32,000 nucleotides of DNA from Acholeplasma laidlawii PG-8A (GTDB taxonomy: Bacteria; Bacillota_I; Bacilli_A; Acholeplasmatales; Acholeplasmataceae): assembly GCF_000018785.1 (NCBI RefSeq), contig NC_010163.1:1020001-1052000 (forward strand). Direction: 5' to 3'. Below, piece after piece: positions 26,631-32,000 of the stretch. Numbering within the stretch: position 1 is the first letter of the stretch; each line of letters starts with the position of its first letter. Made by a program: the position numbers and the translations under genes. Under the pieces are notes generated by a model. It had not been told where the DNA came from. It searched no databases and saw only the letters and a program-made list of their open reading frames with translations.

Positions 26631-26649
26631 GTTTTTTGTCCTTTTTATT

Positions 26650-26937
26650 TTATGGTGTTTGAATATTTAAATATGTAATACGCTCTTTTGACATGATGAC
26701 ATTATGACTATGTGTTAGTAGATTGTTTTGATCTTTTGTATAGATTTCTATCATACCATCTTCATAATCTTTCCATCGTTCGATTTCAACTTCTACATAG
26801 AGTCCATCACTAATTTCTATGTATGCGTAGTTATAGGTGTAATTTCCCCATCCCATATCTTGGTTACCACAAGCAACCAATAGAAATACAGATGTTAGTA
26901 CTATAATAAGTGCTATTATTTTCTTCATTTTATTCAT
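26650..26937 (-). CDS. Small predicted lipoprotein, unknown function
   Basis: Lipobox VFLLVACGN after a Lys-rich N-terminus; 95 aa; overlaps the uvrB end. Confidence 0.6.
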   Translation of the reverse strand: MNKMKKIIALIIVLTSVFLLVACGNQDMGWGNYTYNYAYIEISDGLYVEVEIERWKDYEDGMIEIYTKDQNNLLTHSHNVIMSKERITYLNIQTP

Positions 26938-28894
26938 CCGCCTTTAATTCAAATATTAAATCTCTTATTTCCATTGCTTTTTCAAAGTCTAGATCTTTAG
27001 CTGCTTGACGCATTAAGGTATCTAGGCGTTTAAGTTCTTTTTCTTTTTGTTTCTTATCTAGTTTGAGGTTATCTAGATCTTTATCTGTGATAACACCTTT
27101 AATAGATATATCATCACGAATGTCTTTGACTACTTGAGTTGGTGTAACATGGTGCGTCTCATTATATTTTGTTTGAATACTACGACGACGATTCGTTTCA
27201 TCAATTGCTTTTTGCATCGATTCTGAAATAGTATCTGCATACATAATGACTGTCCCATCAATGTTTCTAGCAGCTCTACCAATGGTTTGAATTAAGGAAC
27301 GTTCACTACGTAAAAACCCTTGCTTATCAGCATCTAATATAGCAACTAAACCTACCTCAGGTAAGTCTAGACCTTCTCTTAAGAGGTTAATACCAATTAA
27401 GACATCATATTTACCAAGTCTTAGTGCTCTTAAGATAGTCGTTCTTTCTAACGATTTTACTTCACTATGTAGATAAGCTACTTTTAAGCCCAACTCTTTA
27501 AAGTGTCTTGTTAAGTCTTCACTCATCTTAATCGTTAAGGTTGTAACAAGTACGCGCTGATTTTTTTCAATTCTCTTTTTGATTTCAAAGTATAAATCAT
27601 CAATTTGACCAACAGTAGGTTTAATTGTTATTTCAGGGTCAAGTAAGTAGGTAGGTCTAATAATTTGTTCTACAATCGGTAGATTTCTTTCTAACTCATA
27701 TGGCCCTGGTGTTGCAGATAGGTAAATCACTTTATCTTGACGTGCTTGGAACTCATCAAATTGAAGCGGTCTATTATCAAGTGCCGAAGGTAATCTAAAC
27801 CCAAAGTTCACTAGGTTTTCTTTACGACTTCTATCACCAAAGTACATACCTCTTACCTGAGGGATTGTAACGTGCGATTCATCAATGACCATTAAGTAGT
27901 CATCCCCGAAAAAATCTATGAGTGTAGCAGGCGTTTCACCTGCTTCACGTAATGCAATATGTCTTGAGTAGTTTTCAATACCGGATGTGAATCCAATTTC
28001 TTCAAGCATTTCAATATCGTATTTGGTACGCATTTCAATACGTTGAGCTTCTAGTAGTTGGTTATTACCTTGGAAGAAATGTATTTGATCAGCTAATTCA
28101 TTTTTAATACGACGAATACTTTCCTTCATTTTATCTTTATTCGCCATAAAGAGTGTTGCAGGGAATATCGTTACAAACGTCGTGCGTTCTTTTGACACAC
28201 CTGTTAAAGGATCAAATAGAATAATATCATCGATTTCATCACCAAAGAATGATACTCGAATACCTTGGCTAGCTTCATTAGCTAGTATGATTTCAATGGC
28301 ATCTCCTCTAACTCTAAAGCTACCTCGCTTAAAGTCAATATCATTTCGTTCATAGGTTAATTCAATCAGTTTATTTAATAAATTATTACGACCATATTCT
28401 TCGCCTACTCTTAAAAAGATAGTAGCTTTTTTATAGTCATCAGGATCCCCAATACCGTAGATACAAGAAACGGATGCTACAACAATGACGTCTTCTCTAG
28501 TTAGTAAAGATGCCACTGCAGAGTGGCGTAATTCATCGATTTCATCGTTAATGGATGAGTCTTTTTCAATATAAGTATCACTAGATACTACATAAGCTTC
28601 TGGTTGAAAGTAATCATAATATGAAATAAAGTATTCTACTCTGTTTTCAGGAAATAGTGATTTTAACTCACCATAAAGTTGACCTGCTAATGTTTTATTA
28701 TGAGCAAGTACTAAGGTTTTCTTCCCCATCTTTTCAATAATATTAGCAATCGTAAATGTTTTACCTGTACCTGTAGCACCCAAAAGAATTTGTTCTTTTG
28801 TTCCAGATTCAAAATTAGATATTAATTTATCTATAGCTTCTGGTTGGTCTCCACTTGGTTTATAGGGTGATTTTAGTTTAAACAATGCTGTCAC
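26930..28894 (-). CDS. uvrB: Excinuclease ABC subunit B
   Basis: [85 protein letters not shown]. Confidence 0.99.
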   Translation of the reverse strand: MTALFKLKSPYKPSGDQPEAIDKLISNFESGTKEQILLGATGTGKTFTIANIIEKMGKKTLVLAHNKTLAGQLYGELKSLFPENRVEYFISYYDYFQPEAYVVSSDTYIEKDSSINDEIDELRHSAVASLLTREDVIVVASVSCIYGIGDPDDYKKATIFLRVGEEYGRNNLLNKLIELTYERNDIDFKRGSFRVRGDAIEIILANEASQGIRVSFFGDEIDDIILFDPLTGVSKERTTFVTIFPATLFMANKDKMKESIRRIKNELADQIHFFQGNNQLLEAQRIEMRTKYDIEMLEEIGFTSGIENYSRHIALREAGETPATLIDFFGDDYLMVIDESHVTIPQVRGMYFGDRSRKENLVNFGFRLPSALDNRPLQFDEFQARQDKVIYLSATPGPYELERNLPIVEQIIRPTYLLDPEITIKPTVGQIDDLYFEIKKRIEKNQRVLVTTLTIKMSEDLTRHFKELGLKVAYLHSEVKSLERTTILRALRLGKYDVLIGINLLREGLDLPEVGLVAILDADKQGFLRSERSLIQTIGRAARNIDGTVIMYADTISESMQKAIDETNRRRSIQTKYNETHHVTPTQVVKDIRDDISIKGVITDKDLDNLKLDKKQKEKELKRLDTLMRQAAKDLDFEKAMEIRDLIFELKADE

Positions 28895-29071
28895 TTCCTT
28901 TGATGATTTATGATACTTTAAATATATATCTATATTTAGTCAATTTTAACATTTTTATGCATAAATAACAAGTGTAACTATTGACCACCCGTTATAAAAT
29001 ACACATGTTGTTTTTGATAATTTAATGTGGGTGTTTAGGTCTAGCCTAGTTCTTTATGAACTAGTTTATCC

Positions 29072-30289
29072 TTATTTTATTTTAGAAATAATATCATGTG
29101 AAGAAAGATATCCTGTCGAGAGCGCAATTGTAATGTTATATCCACCAATGGGCCCATGTAAGTCTGTTGTTTCACCTATGAAGTATAGATTTGGATGCGT
29201 TTTAACTTCCATAGACTTTGGATCTAGTACTTTAAGATCAATACCGCCTTTATTCACATAAGCTCTTAGTTTATCTTCTACACTGTCAATAACAAACTCA
29301 TACTTAGTAAATGAGTTACTAATATACATTAAATCCTTCTTCTTCATTTCTGCAATTTTAATAGAGATAATATTTTTTAGTGCTAATACAACTTCAACAA
29401 TTCTTTTACTTGTATAGTCTTCTAACACTTTATGTAATAGCTTATTTTTGTTTTCTATTAAGATGTTATATAATTCTTCTTCAGTTTTATTGATGAACCC
29501 AAAGGTTATAGTAGATTTTCCAATCTCCACAATATCTTCATAAATAAACTCAGAAAGATGCATAATAACTGGTCCACTTAAACCCACATGGGTAAATAAC
29601 AGATCACCTACATAGGCTATTTTAGTGTTCTTAATCGCGACACGCACTTGGGTAATTGATGTGCCACGTAAGAGTTTAAAATCCTCTACAACTTGTTTAG
29701 AGTAGATAGATGTTTCAGCTGGTGTAAATGCTTTATAAGGTATCCCTAAATGTTCAGCAAATTTAAGTCCATCACCACTGCTACCTACTTGTGGATAACT
29801 ATTTGATCCAGTAGCAACTATGACAAACTTCCCATGAAATACAGTATGGTTTGTAGTGATCTCATAGTAGTCTTCTAACTTTTCTATTTTTTTAACTGAT
29901 TGACCAAACTTAATATGATCTTTATGAATGGTATGTGTTAATACTTCTAAAACATCTGAACTCTTTCCTGTTTCTGGAAAATACTTAAAGTTATTTTCTA
30001 GAATTAATTCCAAGCCATTTTCTTTAAAAAAAGCTAAAATTTCTAGTGGCCCGAATTGTTTTAATGCTGGATAAATAAACTTTTTATTTTGGATTGTTAG
30101 GGTATCGATAAAATCTCTAATATTTAAATTATTGGTTACATTACAACGCTTACCACCAGTTAATAAAACCTTTTTACCCACTTGTTCATTTTTTTCTAGT
30201 AAGACGTAGTTTATTTTTGCTTTTTCTAATTGGTTTGCGGCCATTAATCCTGCTGGTCCACCACCAATAATGATTACATCATATGTCAT
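29072..30289 (-). CDS. HI0933/YtfP-family NAD(P)/FAD-dependent oxidoreductase (BaiN-like)
   Basis: DVIIIGGGPAGLMAANQL, EKNEQVGKKVLLTGGKRCNVTNN, IVATGSNSYPQVGSSGDGLKFAE, GETTDLHGPIGGYNITIALSTG. Confidence 0.93.
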   Translation of the reverse strand: MTYDVIIIGGGPAGLMAANQLEKAKINYVLLEKNEQVGKKVLLTGGKRCNVTNNLNIRDFIDTLTIQNKKFIYPALKQFGPLEILAFFKENGLELILENNFKYFPETGKSSDVLEVLTHTIHKDHIKFGQSVKKIEKLEDYYEITTNHTVFHGKFVIVATGSNSYPQVGSSGDGLKFAEHLGIPYKAFTPAETSIYSKQVVEDFKLLRGTSITQVRVAIKNTKIAYVGDLLFTHVGLSGPVIMHLSEFIYEDIVEIGKSTITFGFINKTEEELYNILIENKNKLLHKVLEDYTSKRIVEVVLALKNIISIKIAEMKKKDLMYISNSFTKYEFVIDSVEDKLRAYVNKGGIDLKVLDPKSMEVKTHPNLYFIGETTDLHGPIGGYNITIALSTGYLSSHDIISKIK

Positions 30290-30346
30290 ATATTTTGTTT
30301 CCTTAATCTATCATTTAATATGTCTATTATACACTATAGCTGTAAG

Positions 30347-30382
30347 TAAAAAGTGCATCAGCGGAAACTGATGCACTTATTT
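30347..30382 (-). terminator. Rho-independent terminator for trkA-like gene
   Basis: AAGTGCATCAG-CGGAAA-CTGATGCACTT, 11-bp stem, TTTTTAC on the minus strand. Confidence 0.82.
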
Positions 30383-30386
30383 AAAA

Positions 30387-31055
30387 TTACTTATTAAATA
30401 TGCTAATTACTTTTGGTAAGTCTTTTTTTCTACCAAATATAAAGATTTCATCTAATGGTCTTAAAATAGAATCTTTATTAGGAACTAATATTTTGTTATT
30501 ACGTTCTATAAGTAAAATGTTACTGCCATACATACTTCTTAAATCAAGTTCTGTAATCGGTGTTGGTTCAAAATCTTCTGGGATATTTATCTCAAAAACA
30601 TCAAAATCATTTTTGATGTTAAAATAATCAACCACATTACCAAGGGCTATACGGTTTGCTACTCGTTCACTTGCAATACCTAGTGGACTTACAACATCTG
30701 TAGCTCCAACAAGTTTTAAGATAGATGCATAATCTTCTTCATCTGCTCTTGCTGTGATTTGCTTTACACCTAGTTCTTTTAGCTTGATGATTGTAATAAT
30801 ACTTGCAGTTAAGTTATTTCTTTCGTTTTGTCCAAAAGCAACAATTGCATGGTCCACATTAGAAATACCACTTGCTTTAAGTGCTTCTTCGTCTGTGGAA
30901 TCACAAACAAAAACATTTGAAATGACTTCACTTGCCTTTTTAACTGAGTCTTTGTTATTATCAATTGCTATGAGTTCAACATTCAGTTTACTAAAACTAT
31001 CTACTAGGTTTAAGCCAAATCGGCTTAAACCAATGATACCTATTATTTTTTTCAT
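30387..31055 (-). CDS. trkA: K+ uptake regulatory subunit (TrkA/KtrA family, RCK domains)
   Basis: IIGIIGLSRFGLNLVDSFSKLNVELIAIDNNKDSVKKAS; VFVCDSTDEEALKASGISNVDHAIVAFG; TrkA_C-like tail. Confidence 0.9.
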   Translation of the reverse strand: MKKIIGIIGLSRFGLNLVDSFSKLNVELIAIDNNKDSVKKASEVISNVFVCDSTDEEALKASGISNVDHAIVAFGQNERNNLTASIITIIKLKELGVKQITARADEEDYASILKLVGATDVVSPLGIASERVANRIALGNVVDYFNIKNDFDVFEINIPEDFEPTPITELDLRSMYGSNILLIERNNKILVPNKDSILRPLDEIFIFGRKKDLPKVISIFNK

Positions 31056-31062
31056 AAATTTG

Positions 31063-32000
31063 TCATCCTATCATCATTTTTTCTTCAATATATTCGATAC
31101 TGTCCATACCTTTTTTATACCATTGGGTATTAAAAATGCTAATGATTGTTATCGGTCCAACTCTACCTATAAACATGACTATACTCAAGACTATTTTAGA
31201 AGCATTTGACAATGTAGGTGTTAGATTCATGGATAACCCGACGTTAGCGAATGCTGATATGACTTCAAATATTGCTTTTTCTAAATCAATATTTTCCATC
31301 ATTATTATCAGTGATGTAGCTACCAAAACAATCATAATCGCAGTAGTTAATAAAATGCTAGCTTTATGCCTAGTTTCATCAGTAATTAAACGGTTATGTG
31401 TCGTCGTAGTTTTTCCTTTAGCATAACTTGTCGTACTTTTAAACAGTGCATATAGTGTCGTAGTCTTAATCCCACCACCTGTGGAGGATGGAGATGCTCC
31501 GATAAACATTAAAACCATTAGAATAAGTGCTGTTAAGGAAGATATGGTACCCATATTGATTGTTGTAAAACCTGCAGTTCTAGCTGTTACACTTAAGAAA
31601 AAGGCTTCTAATACATTTAAGTTTTTACCATCTACTTTACTTAGTAGGAAAAACCCAAAACCTAAACTCCATAACACTAAATTGACCTTAAGTACAATTT
31701 TTGAGTGTATCATCAATTTCTTATACGATTTCTTAGTTAATATATCATTTAACACAATAAACCCTAGACCACCAAGCATAATTAAGATTGCAGTACTTAA
31801 ATTAAGCAATACATGTCCATTATAACCTTGAAGACTTTGATCACCTAAAATATCAAACCCAGCATTATTAAAACTTGATACCGCATGAAATAAACTGAGT
31901 CCTATTGCATCAACAAGCTCATATTGTGGAACAAAGACAATCATATTGGCTATAAAGCCAAAACTTTCAATGACGAGTGTAAAGATAATAATCTTTTTAA
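31063..32000 (-). CDS. trkH: K+ uptake permease (TrkH/KtrB family), N-terminus beyond window edge
   Basis: SLFHAVSSFNNAGFDILG, FLSVTARTAGFTTINM, FIGASPSSTGGGIKTTT. The frame stays open past M at 31944 to base 32000 (...IKKIIIFTLVIESFGFIAN). Confidence 0.93.
   Translation of the reverse strand, partial: KKIIIFTLVIESFGFIANMIVFVPQYELVDAIGLSLFHAVSSFNNAGFDILGDQSLQGYNGHVLLNLSTAILIMLGGLGFIVLNDILTKKSYKKLMIHSKIVLKVNLVLWSLGFGFFLLSKVDGKNLNVLEAFFLSVTARTAGFTTINMGTISSLTALILMVLMFIGASPSSTGGGIKTTTLYALFKSTTSYAKGKTTTTHNRLITDETRHKASILLTTAIMIVLVATSLIIMMENIDLEKAIFEVISAFANVGLSMNLTPTLSNASKIVLSIVMFIGRVGPITIISIFNTQWYKKGMDSIEYIEEKMMIG

Noticed and set aside
29045-29067. CTAGTTC-TTTAT-GAACTAG hairpin downstream of the flavoprotein gene
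   Set aside because: Only a 7-bp stem, and the T-rich side is on the plus strand rather than following the minus-strand gene. Not confident enough to call a terminator.
29025-31825. Plus-strand ORFs antisense to the flavoprotein, trkA and trkH genes
   Set aside because: All lie opposite conserved coding sequence and encode low-complexity peptides.

Overview
AT-rich 32 kb bacterial chromosomal window. TGA is used as a stop (metN ends ...cta tga), so this is not a UGA=Trp mollicute. Content and style resemble an Acholeplasma-like or other low-GC Firmicute/Tenericute genome (inference). Plus-strand left part: peptidase T (5' truncated), an aldo/keto reductase, a MetNIQ-type ABC importer in which metI carries an apparent frameshift, and an MscS channel. 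A minus-strand AAA ATPase sits between the reductase and metN. Housekeeping-type minus-strand right part: NYN/OST-HTH protein, DegV, Wzz/CpsD/CpsB-like module, M3 oligoendopeptidase, UvrB, HI0933-type flavoprotein, and TrkA/TrkH K+ uptake (TrkH truncated by the window). The standout is a ~14.5 kb minus-strand block (about 6.4-21.0 kb). It encodes four or five proteins with TasA/camelysin-like SipW-type N-termini, one of which carries about 8 C-terminal carbohydrate-binding-like repeats. It also encodes two different SipW/ER-type signal peptidases, a membrane-anchored McrB-like AAA+ ATPase, and a DUF2357-like protein without a visible nuclease domain. The block contains three c-di-GMP-I (GEMM-I) riboswitch aptamers. 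Two of these are complete promoter-aptamer-terminator modules in tandem, and the third lies inside the gene cluster next to a ribosome-binding site. Immediately upstream are two GGDEF-EAL proteins: one doubly degenerate (possible receptor) and one with an intact-looking EAL but a degenerate GGDEF. I propose this as a c-di-GMP-controlled surface fibre/adhesin export system with a repurposed McrB/DUF2357 pair.
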